A DNA stretch of 64,000 nt from Candidatus Parcubacteria bacterium (GTDB lineage: Bacteria > Patescibacteriota > Patescibacteriia > UBA1558 > GWA2-36-10): contig JABHSK010000009.1 of assembly GCA_018669975.1 (NCBI GenBank), positions 51,127 to 115,126 on the forward strand. Direction: 5' to 3'. A program made the translations under genes and the position numbers. Positions within the stretch are counted from its first letter, which is position 1. Every line of letters starts with the position of its first letter. Shown piece by piece: positions 1 to 10,175 of this stretch. The notes under the pieces are model-generated. The model did no database searches, was not told the origin of the DNA, and saw only the letters and a program-made list of their open reading frames with translations.

Positions 1-1
1 A

Positions 2-745
2 ATCAAAAGTCAACTTCAAGAATTAGGTTTCAATGATAATGAAATCAAGGTTTATTTAGCTTTGACAGAATTAGGTGAAGCCAAGGCAGCCGCTATTGCT
101 AAACAAGCCGATCTCCCCCGTACTACTGTAATTAGTATCTTAGAAAAACTAAAAGAAGAAAATTACCTAACTGCTCATAAATATCGTGGGGCAATCTATT
201 ATTGGGTAGAGTCTCCCAAGACAATTAAAGAATCATTACTTTATAAGGTAGACATTGCTACTAATTTAGAAACTAGTCTTAATAATTTATATCGCTCTGA
301 ATCACACTTCCCTTTTGGTCAGGTCTATGACACTAAAACTAGTATCAAAAAATTTATAGAAAAGATAATATCTAACTTAAAGAAAAAAGATATCCTCTAT
401 ACTATAGACTCTCCTTTGGTAGGAAATTATGCTAAAATATTTTCCGAGGATTTTAATAAAATATTTCTTAAAGAAAAAAAGAAAAAAGAAGTGCTAACGC
501 ACACCTTGGTACCATATGGGTCTTTCGAAAAAATTGATCCCTATAAAATAAAAAGTCAAAATATACGCATTAGGGAACTACCTGCTGAAATTAAATTTTC
601 TTCTTCATTGTGGTTTATCAAAGACAATATGATACACTTTTCTGGTAAACCACCTTTTGTAACTTTAATCAAACACGAAGTAATAGTAAACAGCATGAAG
701 AGTATCTATGACTTCCTATGGAATACCTCCGAACCAAAAAACTAA
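2..745 (+). CDS. TrmB-family transcriptional regulator, 5'-truncated by the window edge
   Basis: Frame is open from position 2 (IKSQLQELGFNDNEIKVYLALTELG...IAKQADLPRTTVISILEKL), a typical TrmB N-terminal HTH. The true start lies upstream of the window. Confidence 0.8.
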   Translation: MKSQLQELGFNDNEIKVYLALTELGEAKAAAIAKQADLPRTTVISILEKLKEENYLTAHKYRGAIYYWVESPKTIKESLLYKVDIATNLETSLNNLYRSESHFPFGQVYDTKTSIKKFIEKIISNLKKKDILYTIDSPLVGNYAKIFSEDFNKIFLKEKKKKEVLTHTLVPYGSFEKIDPYKIKSQNIRIRELPAEIKFSSSLWFIKDNMIHFSGKPPFVTLIKHEVIVNSMKSIYDFLWNTSEPKN

Positions 746-766
746 AACCAACACCTACTTAAAGAC

Positions 767-795
767 TTGACTTTAATCATGTTTCTTGCTATTAT
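767..795 (+). promoter_or_regulatory. sigma70-type promoter for tRNA-Glu
   Basis: TTGACT-17 nt-TATTAT with TG extension, 18 nt upstream of the tRNA. Confidence 0.65.
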
Positions 796-813
796 ATTGA
801 CGTTTTCCTACTA

Positions 814-888
814 GGCCCCATCGTCTAGTGGTTAGGACACTAGGTTTTCATCCTAGCAACCGGAGTTCGATTCTCCGTGGGGTCACCA
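814..888 (+). tRNA. tRNA-Glu(TTC)
   Basis: GGCCCCA...TGGGGTCACCA acceptor stem, anticodon arm CTAGG-TTTTCAT-CCTAG, GTTCGATT T-loop, encoded CCA. Confidence 0.97.
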
Positions 889-892
889 AAAG

Positions 893-920
893 ATACTCAT
901 CTCTATGATGGGTGTTTTTT
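893..920 (+). terminator. intrinsic terminator after tRNA-Glu
   Basis: ATACTCATC-TCTAT-GATGGGTGT followed by a T run. Confidence 0.6.
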
Positions 921-983
921 ATTTATATAATTGACAAAACGTCAGATGATGTAATAATTAATCTAATTATTTATTCTAAAAAA

Positions 984-1580
984 ATGATTAAAGCTATAGC
1001 CTTTGACCTCAATGGGGTCATCATAACAGAGTCAGGTTACTTTACCCATAGACTCGAACAAAAATATAATATCCCTAACGAAGATTTTTTTAATATTTTT
1101 AGCAAAGTAATCAAGGTAGCCAGACAACCGGGCTGTGAAGATTTCTTTAAACTGTGGCAGCAAGGACTAAAAGATTTAGGATTATCAATATCTAAAGAAG
1201 ATTTTTTTGACCTATGGTTTTCTGGGGAAAGCTTAGTGCCTGCATTTTTAGAATATATAAAAACTTTACGAAAATCTGGACTAAAAATTTTTATTCTATC
1301 CAACAACTTCAAAGAGCGAACGACTTATTATAGACAAAACTTTACAGAGATTTTCGACAGCGTAGATCAGGCTTATTTTTCTTGGGAAACAGGTTTTGTA
1401 AAACCAGATCCACAGGCTTATCAAAATATATTGACAAAAAACAACCTACAAGGAAATGAATTAGTTTATTTTGATGATGTTGAAGAAAATATAAACTCTG
1501 CTAGCAACCTAGGAATAGTAGCACGAAAATTTGAGGATTTAGATAAAACAAAACAGACAATTGAAGCATTGATAAAATAA
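984..1580 (+). CDS. HAD-superfamily hydrolase/phosphatase
   Basis: MIKAIAFDLNGV motif I, LSN motif II, KPDP motif III, FDD motif IV. Start moved to ATG 984. Confidence 0.88.
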   Translation: MIKAIAFDLNGVIITESGYFTHRLEQKYNIPNEDFFNIFSKVIKVARQPGCEDFFKLWQQGLKDLGLSISKEDFFDLWFSGESLVPAFLEYIKTLRKSGLKIFILSNNFKERTTYYRQNFTEIFDSVDQAYFSWETGFVKPDPQAYQNILTKNNLQGNELVYFDDVEENINSASNLGIVARKFEDLDKTKQTIEALIK

Positions 1581-1587
1581 TAAATTT

Positions 1588-1623
1588 AAAAACACCCCAT
1601 AAATTTTACTAGGGTGTTTTTTT
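1588..1623. terminator. bidirectional terminator between convergent genes
   Basis: AAAAACACCC...GGGTGTTTTT inverted repeat with A/T tails. Confidence 0.7.
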
Positions 1624-1642
1624 ATTTACTTCAAAATTTTAT

Positions 1643-2263
1643 TTAGGTTCTATTTTTGATAATAAATACCGCCAACATTATCACCAAAAGACCAAATACA
1701 ACATACACCACTATTCCCTGTGGTAATTTGGAATCACCAGCCGCATCAACAGATTGTTGTTGGATTAAATCTTCTGACTGTTCTAGAGAGCCAAATAATT
1801 CTGGCTGCGCTTCCTCGTTTGCACCTCGCTTAACTGGAGTTGGTGTGGGTACTGATGATTTAGACGCTGGTATTTTATCTAAACTAGTAGCTGGACAAGC
1901 ATAAACACTTAAACTCCCTACAGCTTCCTCCAGACCTCTTTTAATAGGTGTATCGCCGATAATATAAGTATCTCCAACAAAAACTATTGGCACTCCACCT
2001 CTGGTGATGGCATGCTTAGCAAACATTTGATTTAATAAATCCGCATTATTTTGATCCTCATAAACTTCATACCAATTAATCTGCCAGGTGGGATTATCAT
2101 TGGCAAGTTGAGTTATAAATGGTTTTACTGCTTCACAATGTGAACAACCGATACCATAGAAAAAATCAACACAAGGCCCACCAGCTGCTTGAGTTTTGTT
2201 AATATTTAACAAAAGACTACTAGCAAAAAATAATATTGATAAAATAAAAATAATTTTCTTCAT
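1643..2263 (-). CDS. exported thioredoxin/glutaredoxin-fold protein with C-terminal membrane anchor
   Basis: Signal peptide, FFYGIGCSHC (CxxC), cis-Pro loop GVPIVFVG, Pro/Ser-rich linker, C-terminal TM helix. Confidence 0.75.
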   Translation of the reverse strand: MKKIIFILSILFFASSLLLNINKTQAAGGPCVDFFYGIGCSHCEAVKPFITQLANDNPTWQINWYEVYEDQNNADLLNQMFAKHAITRGGVPIVFVGDTYIIGDTPIKRGLEEAVGSLSVYACPATSLDKIPASKSSVPTPTPVKRGANEEAQPELFGSLEQSEDLIQQQSVDAAGDSKLPQGIVVYVVFGLLVIMLAVFIIKNRT

Positions 2264-2265
2264 AT

Positions 2266-4065
2266 CTACTCTACGGTTACTGATTTAGCTAAATTTCTAG
2301 GCTTATCCACGTCTAAACCTTTGAGGTCTGCTATATAATAGGCTAATAATTGTAGTGGAATAGCATTGATAATTGGTGAGAGCTCATCAATCACCTCTGG
2401 CACCTTAATAATACTATCAGCTAACTTGGAAATTTCTTTATCATCCTGACTAACAATAGCAATAATGTTTCCGTCACGAGCCTTAACTTCTTGCATATTG
2501 CTAATTATCTTTTGTGATAAATTATTCTTTGTGGCCACAAAAACTACTGGCATATCCTCATCAATTAAAGCAATAGGGCCGTGCTTAATTTCAGCAGCCG
2601 GATAACCCTCGGCATGAATATATGATATCTCTTTGAGTTTTAGAGCGCCTTCTAGAGCTACTGGAAAATTGAGACCTCGCCCTAAATACAAAAAGTTTTT
2701 ACTATCAACAAATTTAGCAGCTACTTCTTTGATATTATCCGCTTGTTTAAGCGCCTGATTAATCTGATATGGTATCTTGTCTAGTTGCTTGAGTAAATCT
2801 TTATCAATCTCATGACCCTGTTGTTGCCTAATATATAAAGCTAACAATAAAAGCGCTACTACCTGTGAAGTAAAAGCCTTGGTGCTAGCCACACCAATCT
2901 CGGGACCAACATGTAAATAAATCCCAGAATCAACTTCTCGAGTAATAGTTGAACCAACTACGTTAACTATACCTAGGGTCTTAGCTTGTTTAACTTTAGC
3001 CTCTCTGAGAGCTGCTAGAGTATCTGCTGTTTCGCCTGATTGAGAAATCACTACCATTACATCCTCTGAGCTAACTATGGGGCTGCGGTATCTAAACTCT
3101 GAAGCATAATCAACCTCAGCAGGAATTTGAGCAATTGATTCCAAAAAATGTTTACCTATCAATGCTGAGTGCCAACTAGTACCACAGGCAGTAATGATAA
3201 TTCTGTTTATTTTCTGAATATCAAAATCAACCGTTAACTTAACTTTCCCATCTTTAATGCGACCTCGTAAAGTATTAGCTATAGCTTCGGGCTGCTCCAT
3301 GATTTCTTTAAGCATAAAATGCTTAAAACCCTTTTTCTCCATTTGCTCAACATTCCATTTTATTTCATCAACCTCCTTATTAATCTGTTCACCCTCGAGG
3401 TTGGTAATAATATATTTACCTTGGGTAATAACAGCAATTTCATTATCGTTAAGATAAATTACTCTCTTAGTATGTTCTAATATGGCAGGAATATCTGAAG
3501 CAATAAACATTTCATTTTCTCCCACACCAATAATCAGTGGCGAGCCTTTACGAGCCACCACTATTTTATTCTCATCCTTATGAATTACAGCTAAACCAAA
3601 GGCTCCTTCTATTAATTTAAGTGCTTGACGTACGGCTGCCTCTAAATCATTCTTATAAAATTTTTCCACCAAATGGGCAATAATCTCTGAATCTGTTTGC
3701 GACTTTATTTTGTGCCCCTCCTTTTTTAATAATTCTGTTAGAGCTTGATGGTTTTCAATAATACCATTATGTACAATGGCTAGTTCCTGCTTACAATCTA
3801 GATGAGGGTGGGCATTAGCCTCATTAGGCTCTCCGTGGGTAGCCCAACGAGTATGAGCAATGCCGATAGCACCATTTAGGGTTTTTGATTTTACTTTTTT
3901 AGCCAGCTCTGAAATCTTACCCTTAGCCTTAACGGTCTTGAGTTGCTGCTTATCTGATACACAAATACCAGCGCTATCATAACCCCGATATTCCAACTTT
4001 TGTAAACCATCTAACAAAAGTGGTGTTATGTCTTTATTGCCAATGTAGCCAATGATTCCACACAT
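2266..4065 (-). CDS. glmS: glutamine--fructose-6-phosphate aminotransferase
   Basis: MCGIIG N-terminus, HTRWATHG, SQSGETAD, PRNLAKSVTVE C-terminus. Confidence 0.98.
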   Translation of the reverse strand: MCGIIGYIGNKDITPLLLDGLQKLEYRGYDSAGICVSDKQQLKTVKAKGKISELAKKVKSKTLNGAIGIAHTRWATHGEPNEANAHPHLDCKQELAIVHNGIIENHQALTELLKKEGHKIKSQTDSEIIAHLVEKFYKNDLEAAVRQALKLIEGAFGLAVIHKDENKIVVARKGSPLIIGVGENEMFIASDIPAILEHTKRVIYLNDNEIAVITQGKYIITNLEGEQINKEVDEIKWNVEQMEKKGFKHFMLKEIMEQPEAIANTLRGRIKDGKVKLTVDFDIQKINRIIITACGTSWHSALIGKHFLESIAQIPAEVDYASEFRYRSPIVSSEDVMVVISQSGETADTLAALREAKVKQAKTLGIVNVVGSTITREVDSGIYLHVGPEIGVASTKAFTSQVVALLLLALYIRQQQGHEIDKDLLKQLDKIPYQINQALKQADNIKEVAAKFVDSKNFLYLGRGLNFPVALEGALKLKEISYIHAEGYPAAEIKHGPIALIDEDMPVVFVATKNNLSQKIISNMQEVKARDGNIIAIVSQDDKEISKLADSIIKVPEVIDELSPIINAIPLQLLAYYIADLKGLDVDKPRNLAKSVTVE

Positions 4066-4071
4066 AGATTT

Positions 4072-4716
4072 TTAAATACCTCTTACTTTTCTATATATAC
4101 TTAATATAATTGGTGGGGCATACATTCTAATAAGTTCTTTCCGGCCACTTCTGAATGGACTGCTCCATTGATTTTGCCAAATCTTAAATTTAGTTTTAAA
4201 TCTTTTCATTTCCTCATCAGAAATTTCACCTTTAAAACCAGCACCTACAACAGTATGGGGAAACGTCCTGTCTCCGGCAGAGCCTACAAATGATGAGCTA
4301 AAAGGTTTAAGGAGGCTCTTAAATGCTTCAGGCGTATATCGCCAATAGTCATGCGGATGGTCATGGATGGGGAAATTCATAACAGAACTAATTATCAATA
4401 CACCGTTAGGCTTAAGTATCCTATAAGCTTCTTCAACAGCTTTATGTGGATATTCAACATGTTCTAAGGTGTCCATAATAATAACCGTACCCACTGACTC
4501 TGATGGTATATCTATTTTATGAAGATTTAAAACCACATCAACACCAATGCCCTGCCTCATATCAGCACCAACAAATTTTTTACCTTTGAAAAATGGCCTT
4601 AGGTCAGCTATCTTCTCTTGACCCTCTACCCTTAAAGATCCAAATTCATAAATCACTTCTTTCATCGGTAATGTCTGTGAGCATATTCCAACAAATTGTT
4701 TAACTAGCTTCCTCAT
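4072..4716 (-). CDS. SAM-dependent methyltransferase-like protein
   Basis: YEFGS motif-I variant, TLEHVEYP, RILKPNG, HDHPHDYWRYT as in polysaccharide-cluster methyltransferases. Confidence 0.75.
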   Translation of the reverse strand: MRKLVKQFVGICSQTLPMKEVIYEFGSLRVEGQEKIADLRPFFKGKKFVGADMRQGIGVDVVLNLHKIDIPSESVGTVIIMDTLEHVEYPHKAVEEAYRILKPNGVLIISSVMNFPIHDHPHDYWRYTPEAFKSLLKPFSSSFVGSAGDRTFPHTVVGAGFKGEISDEEMKRFKTKFKIWQNQWSSPFRSGRKELIRMYAPPIILSIYRKVRGI

Positions 4717-4733
4717 AGATGTTTTATTAGTTT

Positions 4734-6581
4734 TTAATTCTTTCTAACTATAACTAAATAGGCTGGACTTAAATCAAAATTAACAAATAATTTTTGTAAT
4801 ACATAGAATGGAAGGACAAAAAATCCCTTGAAGAAAAAACTAAACCTTCCAGCCACACTTCTATCTATGCCACTTCTAGTAGTATTAACTTCCTTTGAAG
4901 CCATGACATCCTCTTTTTTTATGAGCTTTTTTCTAATAAACCATAACATGTTTGATAAAGGAAAGCCATAATTATAGAATTTAATAATTCTAAAGCCAGC
5001 ATCACCCAACAACTTACTTAATTCCTTTTTTTCATAACGACGATAATGCCCTGCCCACTCATCTAGAATGCTCCATTGTTTTTGATGTGCTGGCACTGAC
5101 ATTATAAATGTTCCATCTTTAGTTAATAGCTTGTTTATTTTATCTAAAGCAAATCTATCATCTTCTATATGCTCTAATACCTCTAGAGCGACTATCATTT
5201 GATACTTATCCTTTTCTGTACTTTTCAAAAAGTCAGCTAATTCAAATTTTATTTTTGGATGACCAACATTGTGCTTAGCAGTAGTAATGGCTTCCTGACC
5301 AATATCAACACCTGTACCTGAACTAAAATATGGGCTAAGACTAGCTATCATATCACCACTGCCAATGCCTATCTCTAAAAATTTATCTACTTTAATTTTA
5401 TTATTTTGTATATATTCTAAGATCGTCCTCTTCCTCATCATATAGGCCGGCGTGGGAAGCCAAGTAGACTTTTGTTTATATTGCAGAACATCTTTAAATG
5501 CTCTGCCTGTTTTAGAAATAACAAAATTATTATTAAATAAGTCAAAAGCTTTGATGGCTATCTTTTCAGCTAAAGCAGGCTCGTTCTTTATCATTAATAT
5601 CTTTTCAGCTAGAACACTTGCATCTTTTGGTGGACAAAACAAACAATTCTCCTGATCTATAAAACCAGCCGATAGAGAAGCCTGACAGTCAGCAATAATC
5701 ACTGGCTTTTTCATAGCTATCATTTGAAAAACTTTATTAGCCACCACTCGTCTACCCTTTTGGCTACCACCAAAATGACCTCCAATACAAACATCTGCCT
5801 GTGCTATCTTGGCTGGCAATCTATCAAAATCAACCCAGTCCATAAACTTAATATTTTTTACTCCTAAATCATTGGACATTTTCAGCATCTTACCATGTAG
5901 CTGACCAGTGCCAATTATTTCTAATTCTATAGATTTATCTGTGGTCAAAATTTTAGCCGCCTTAATTATGGTATCAATCCCATGAATTGGAGAAAACTTT
6001 CCATAAAATAAAACCTTAAACTTGTTAGATTCCTGTTTCTCTAAAGGAAAAAAAATATTCTCATCTGCGCCAATGTATACGTGAGATAATTTCTGTCGTG
6101 GTATCTTAAACTTCTTAGCAAAGTAATCGGCATGTTCAGGCGTGTCTAATATTACTTTATTTGCTAAACGACAACTGATCTTGTCCAAAAAATATAAAGC
6201 TTTTTTTATCAAAAAATTATTACTAGTTTTTCTATCATCAATCATAGTATCATAAATAGATAACATGGGATTAAAGATGATCTTTTTTCTCAAAAATAAA
6301 ACCCTAGCCAATAACATATCCAACTGACCAGGATAACCAACGATAACACAATCAATTTTACCTAGACCAAATCTTTTGATAATTAATTTCAAATATAATA
6401 AAATTGCCAAAAATATCAACAATATTTTCTTCCCCAGGCTAAGATTAATTTTATTTTCAAATTTAGCATATAGATCAACTCGGTATTCCACCACCTCCAC
6501 ACCATTGGCAATTAAACCATTGATAATATTCCTATTACGTGGATAATCTTTTTCATATGTACCAAAATAACAAACTCTCAT
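4734..6581 (-). CDS. GT4-like glycosyltransferase fused to a class I SAM methyltransferase
   Basis: N-terminal ~370 aa GT-B fold (LFYGKFSPIHG, ANKVFQMIAMKKPVI). C-terminal LEIGIGSG, EVLEHIEDD, GHYRRY. Confidence 0.8.
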   Translation of the reverse strand: MRVCYFGTYEKDYPRNRNIINGLIANGVEVVEYRVDLYAKFENKINLSLGKKILLIFLAILLYLKLIIKRFGLGKIDCVIVGYPGQLDMLLARVLFLRKKIIFNPMLSIYDTMIDDRKTSNNFLIKKALYFLDKISCRLANKVILDTPEHADYFAKKFKIPRQKLSHVYIGADENIFFPLEKQESNKFKVLFYGKFSPIHGIDTIIKAAKILTTDKSIELEIIGTGQLHGKMLKMSNDLGVKNIKFMDWVDFDRLPAKIAQADVCIGGHFGGSQKGRRVVANKVFQMIAMKKPVIIADCQASLSAGFIDQENCLFCPPKDASVLAEKILMIKNEPALAEKIAIKAFDLFNNNFVISKTGRAFKDVLQYKQKSTWLPTPAYMMRKRTILEYIQNNKIKVDKFLEIGIGSGDMIASLSPYFSSGTGVDIGQEAITTAKHNVGHPKIKFELADFLKSTEKDKYQMIVALEVLEHIEDDRFALDKINKLLTKDGTFIMSVPAHQKQWSILDEWAGHYRRYEKKELSKLLGDAGFRIIKFYNYGFPLSNMLWFIRKKLIKKEDVMASKEVNTTRSGIDRSVAGRFSFFFKGFFVLPFYVLQKLFVNFDLSPAYLVIVRKN

Positions 6582-6585
6582 ATGA

Positions 6586-7350
6586 TTATTTTTTCTTAGC
6601 TATATAAATAATTTCACTTTGCATCAGATTACTTTTCGTTACAGTGGCTTCATTTAATTGTTCGCAATACCTTTTTGCCTGAACATTAAAGCCAGCGGAT
6701 GCTAACCTGTCTATATAATCACGACCATACAACCTTAAATGATCATACTGCCCAAATAACCTCTCTCTGTCTATTGGCTCAACTATGTTTTTGTCTTCAA
6801 GTGTCCTGTCCCTCTTAGTATCTATCGGCACTTGCAATATTGCCCAGCCACCTGGTTTAAGTACTCGATAAACTTCCTTCATGGCTTTGACATCATCTTC
6901 TACGTGCTCCAAAACATGATTGGCAAACACAACATCAAAAAGATTGTCAGTGAACGGCATTTTGTGAATATCTAATTTTACCTCAGCTAATGGAGAATTA
7001 AGATCGCCGGTTACATACTCAAGGTTAGACATCTTTTTAAATTTTCTATAAAAACATTGTTCTGGGGCCAAATGTAAAACTTTCAATTTATCTCTAAAAA
7101 AATTAGTTTCATTTTTTAAATAAAACCATAATAATCTATGACGCTCCAAAGACAAACAGCCCGGACATAAAGAATTATTTCTATTTTTAGAACCATAAGA
7201 AAAAAACCGACTAAAGCCAGTTTCACATATTGGACAATAGTGTTTATTGCCTTTTAAAAAAATACTAAAAATATTAGAAAAAATAAAACTAAACCTAATT
7301 AGTTGATGCCTTGGTAATTTTTGTATTAAAAATAATTTGGCTCGTCTCAT
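6586..7350 (-). CDS. SAM-dependent methyltransferase with N-terminal Cys pairs
   Basis: CPIC...CPGC, VLHLAPE, NHVLEHVEDD, RVLKPGG. Confidence 0.82.
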   Translation of the reverse strand: MRRAKLFLIQKLPRHQLIRFSFIFSNIFSIFLKGNKHYCPICETGFSRFFSYGSKNRNNSLCPGCLSLERHRLLWFYLKNETNFFRDKLKVLHLAPEQCFYRKFKKMSNLEYVTGDLNSPLAEVKLDIHKMPFTDNLFDVVFANHVLEHVEDDVKAMKEVYRVLKPGGWAILQVPIDTKRDRTLEDKNIVEPIDRERLFGQYDHLRLYGRDYIDRLASAGFNVQAKRYCEQLNEATVTKSNLMQSEIIYIAKKK

Positions 7351-7366
7351 ATCTCAAGTTTAAAAA

Positions 7367-8671
7367 CTACTCAAACAAAACCATAATACTTACTAATAAT
7401 GGGAAATCTATTTTAACAATTTGCCCATTGGATAATAATATATCAGCAAGTGTTCTTCCCCAGGGATTCAAAAATCCAATCAAAGCAACTACAATTGAAA
7501 TAGCTGTTGTTGTGGTAAATAATAACAAAAAGTTATATGATCTTTTCTTGGTAAACAATAAAAGAAGGAAAAAATAAAGTAGCGGCGTAATAGCAATAAG
7601 CCAACGATAACCAAAGGATGCTCCAGTGTAAACCCTAACCTTTAAAGAATAATATAAAATTATAATTAAAAAACCCACGAAAATTATAAGTGCCTCTAAC
7701 CTAAAATGTGCTTTTCTGTTTCTTAAAATTTTATAAATTGAATAAATTGAAAATAAGAGAATTGGGGTATATAAAAATAATCCATGTGTGCCAAACAATA
7801 TATTTATCAAATAAACCAATGGTCTACTCCTTATTGCTGTGCCGTAGGCAACGCTTACTGGATCCCAGAATTCTGGATGAAATTGAGGTAGCAGAAAATC
7901 ACCAGTAACCTGGTAATTAAGTACCACCTGTAGAATCAACATAGGTAGGGCTGCCAAAATATAGTAAATTATATATTTTTTAGGAAATGTTACTAAACAG
8001 TAAATAAAAAATAAAAATAAAAATGTTAAACCAGTCGGAATATCAATTACCGCTGCCAAAGAAATAAAAAATCCTGATAAACTCAAATATTTTTTATAGT
8101 TATTGGATTTCTTTAATTTTAATTTTAACAAAAAATAAAACCCTATAAACAACAAACTACCCGCGATAGTGTGATTGTTTAAAGAAATAAAAAAAGAAAA
8201 AAATAATGTTCCTAAACCAAAACCTAGTAATAGCCATGTCCTATATTCTTTTCTAATATCTAATAATTTAATAGTTTTGTGGAGGATAAATAATAAGGCG
8301 AAAAAACTACCTCCCACCAAAATTAAATTAATAAAATAAATAGCCCAGCTTTGATCTAACATTCGAATATCAAGATTGAAAACATTGTATAGAACAAAAT
8401 ATACCCCCGCTCCAGCTACTGACAAAACTGGCGGTTTAGAAGAATAATAATTACCATCCCGAAGTATTTTATCATCAGTATTAATCTGATAATCATTGAT
8501 CACTAGTGTGCCTTGCTCAACTATGGCTTGCATAGTCATAAAGCGTGATGAGTTATTGGTACTATCTGAATGGGGTCGTGTAAAAGCTAAGGCAAAGATA
8601 GCAAAAAACATAATCACCAGCAAAAGCTGGGATTTTATAAAATATTGTGCAATGTGTTTTTTGAAACCCAT
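7367..8671 (-). CDS. polytopic membrane protein, probable GT-C-fold glycosyltransferase
   Basis: About 10 TM helices, extracytoplasmic first loop (YYSSKPP), GLFLYTP and FGYRWL motifs, adjacent to a polyprenol-phosphate GT2. Confidence 0.55.
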   Translation of the reverse strand: MGFKKHIAQYFIKSQLLLVIMFFAIFALAFTRPHSDSTNNSSRFMTMQAIVEQGTLVINDYQINTDDKILRDGNYYSSKPPVLSVAGAGVYFVLYNVFNLDIRMLDQSWAIYFINLILVGGSFFALLFILHKTIKLLDIRKEYRTWLLLGFGLGTLFFSFFISLNNHTIAGSLLFIGFYFLLKLKLKKSNNYKKYLSLSGFFISLAAVIDIPTGLTFLFLFFIYCLVTFPKKYIIYYILAALPMLILQVVLNYQVTGDFLLPQFHPEFWDPVSVAYGTAIRSRPLVYLINILFGTHGLFLYTPILLFSIYSIYKILRNRKAHFRLEALIIFVGFLIIILYYSLKVRVYTGASFGYRWLIAITPLLYFFLLLLFTKKRSYNFLLLFTTTTAISIVVALIGFLNPWGRTLADILLSNGQIVKIDFPLLVSIMVLFE

Positions 8672-8672
8672 T

Positions 8673-9623
8673 TTAAATGATTTTTTTTATGTAGTGCCTA
8701 GTTTCTTTTTTGTCTGCCTGTCGAACAATAATCTCTCCCAAAAACCCCATTGATATCAACTGGATGCCAATTATGATAAATAATACCCCTAAAAATAACA
8801 ACGGCCTACTACCAATAGCTTGCCCCTGAAACCAAACAATAGTTAAATATAAACACAGACCAGAACCGAGGAGAAAAAACATTAGACCCAAATTACCAAA
8901 GAAATGCGCTGGCTTACGAGCATACTTAGTCAATAAAATAACATTAATTGGATCTAATAAATAATTAGTAAATCTACCTAGTCCAAGATTGCCATATTTT
9001 GATTCGTCAAACTTGCGAGCATGGTGCTTAACTACGACCTCTGTCACCTTAAAGCCTTGTTGGTGAGCTAAAGCTGGCAGGAATCTATGCAGCTCTCCGT
9101 AAACGTTTATATTTTTTACTACCTCTTTTTTATAAATCTTAAAACCACAATTAAAATCATGCAGCTTTATTCCTGTCATTGATGCTACGGTAATATTAAA
9201 TATTTTAGAAGATATTAATTTTACCAAAGGATCCTTGCGATCTTTTTTCCAACCAGAAACCAGATCATAACCCTTATTTATTTTAGCTATTAGATTTGGT
9301 ATCTCATTGGGATCATCTTGCAAGTCAGCATCCATGGTAACAACTAAATCTCCCTGACATTCCTGAAACCCAATAGCTAGGGCTGCGGACTTGCCAAAAT
9401 TACGTCTTAGACTAATTACCTTAATTTGTTGATTGCTTACTTTGAGCTGCTTGAGAATATCTAGAGATCCATCATCAGAACCATCATCTATATAGACTAT
9501 CTCGTATGTTAAATTTAACCCAGTCAAAACATCAACTAATTTATCATTTAATTCCTGCAAAGAACCCTTTTCATTAAAAAGAGGAATTACTATTGATATT
9601 TCTTGATTAATTTTTTCAGACAT
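8673..9623 (-). CDS. GT2 polyprenol-phosphate glycosyltransferase (ArnC/DPM-like)
   Basis: SIVIPLFNE, IDDGSDD, RNFGKSAAL, MDADLQDDP, two C-terminal TM helices. Confidence 0.92.
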   Translation of the reverse strand: MSEKINQEISIVIPLFNEKGSLQELNDKLVDVLTGLNLTYEIVYIDDGSDDGSLDILKQLKVSNQQIKVISLRRNFGKSAALAIGFQECQGDLVVTMDADLQDDPNEIPNLIAKINKGYDLVSGWKKDRKDPLVKLISSKIFNITVASMTGIKLHDFNCGFKIYKKEVVKNINVYGELHRFLPALAHQQGFKVTEVVVKHHARKFDESKYGNLGLGRFTNYLLDPINVILLTKYARKPAHFFGNLGLMFFLLGSGLCLYLTIVWFQGQAIGSRPLLFLGVLFIIIGIQLISMGFLGEIIVRQADKKETRHYIKKII

Positions 9624-9625
9624 GA

Positions 9626-10162
9626 TTAAAACTTATTTTTTTTGATTTTAAATATATACCCCAAATAATTAAAGAATGGATGAAAAAACAGAGCCATAGC
9701 CACGGCTGATAATAACATATGCCAAGGCAAGTATACATAAAACGACATAAATATGATAGTGCCTATAATCCAATCTATTTGATCAAATGGAAACCAATAT
9801 ACCCCTGGTTTAATTTGGCGGCGGCGTTTAAAAAAACTCCTAATTGCATCCCCAAACAAAGCACCGAATCCCATAAGAAAGCCTAGCAAAAAAACATTGG
9901 TCTGACTATAATCGATTATCAACCAATCTGTCATACTGCCGGTTATCGTAGTCTGCCAATATAAAAAAACCATACACGCCAAAATACCAAAAAAGAAGCC
10001 ACGAATTGTCTTGTGTGGTCCAAAGATAGGCTGATCTTTATATCTTTTATTAAAATCTATCGGATAATTAAGCCACGGCACCCATTTAAATAAAACCGGC
10101 GCCATGTTGGCTACTCCGGCTGGTAGAAAAAACCAAAATATTTTTACTAAATAAATAAACAT
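9626..10162 (-). CDS. carS: CDP-archaeol synthase (CarS)-like cytidylyltransferase
   Basis: PAGVANMAPV, PIDF, FGPHKTIRG, GALFGDAIRSFFKRR, PG...DQID match the CarS/DUF46 signature. Confidence 0.82.
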   Translation of the reverse strand: MFIYLVKIFWFFLPAGVANMAPVLFKWVPWLNYPIDFNKRYKDQPIFGPHKTIRGFFFGILACMVFLYWQTTITGSMTDWLIIDYSQTNVFLLGFLMGFGALFGDAIRSFFKRRRQIKPGVYWFPFDQIDWIIGTIIFMSFYVYLPWHMLLSAVAMALFFHPFFNYLGYIFKIKKNKF

Positions 10163-10175
10163 TCAAATCAAGCTA

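Noticed and set aside
745-1640. tRNA-Glu (and the Cys/Leu/Gly cluster) as an integration site for an island
   Set aside because: No integrase and no duplicated tRNA 3' end were seen in the window.
4066-4075. glmS ribozyme
   Set aside because: Only 6 nt separate glmS from the upstream gene, leaving no room for it.
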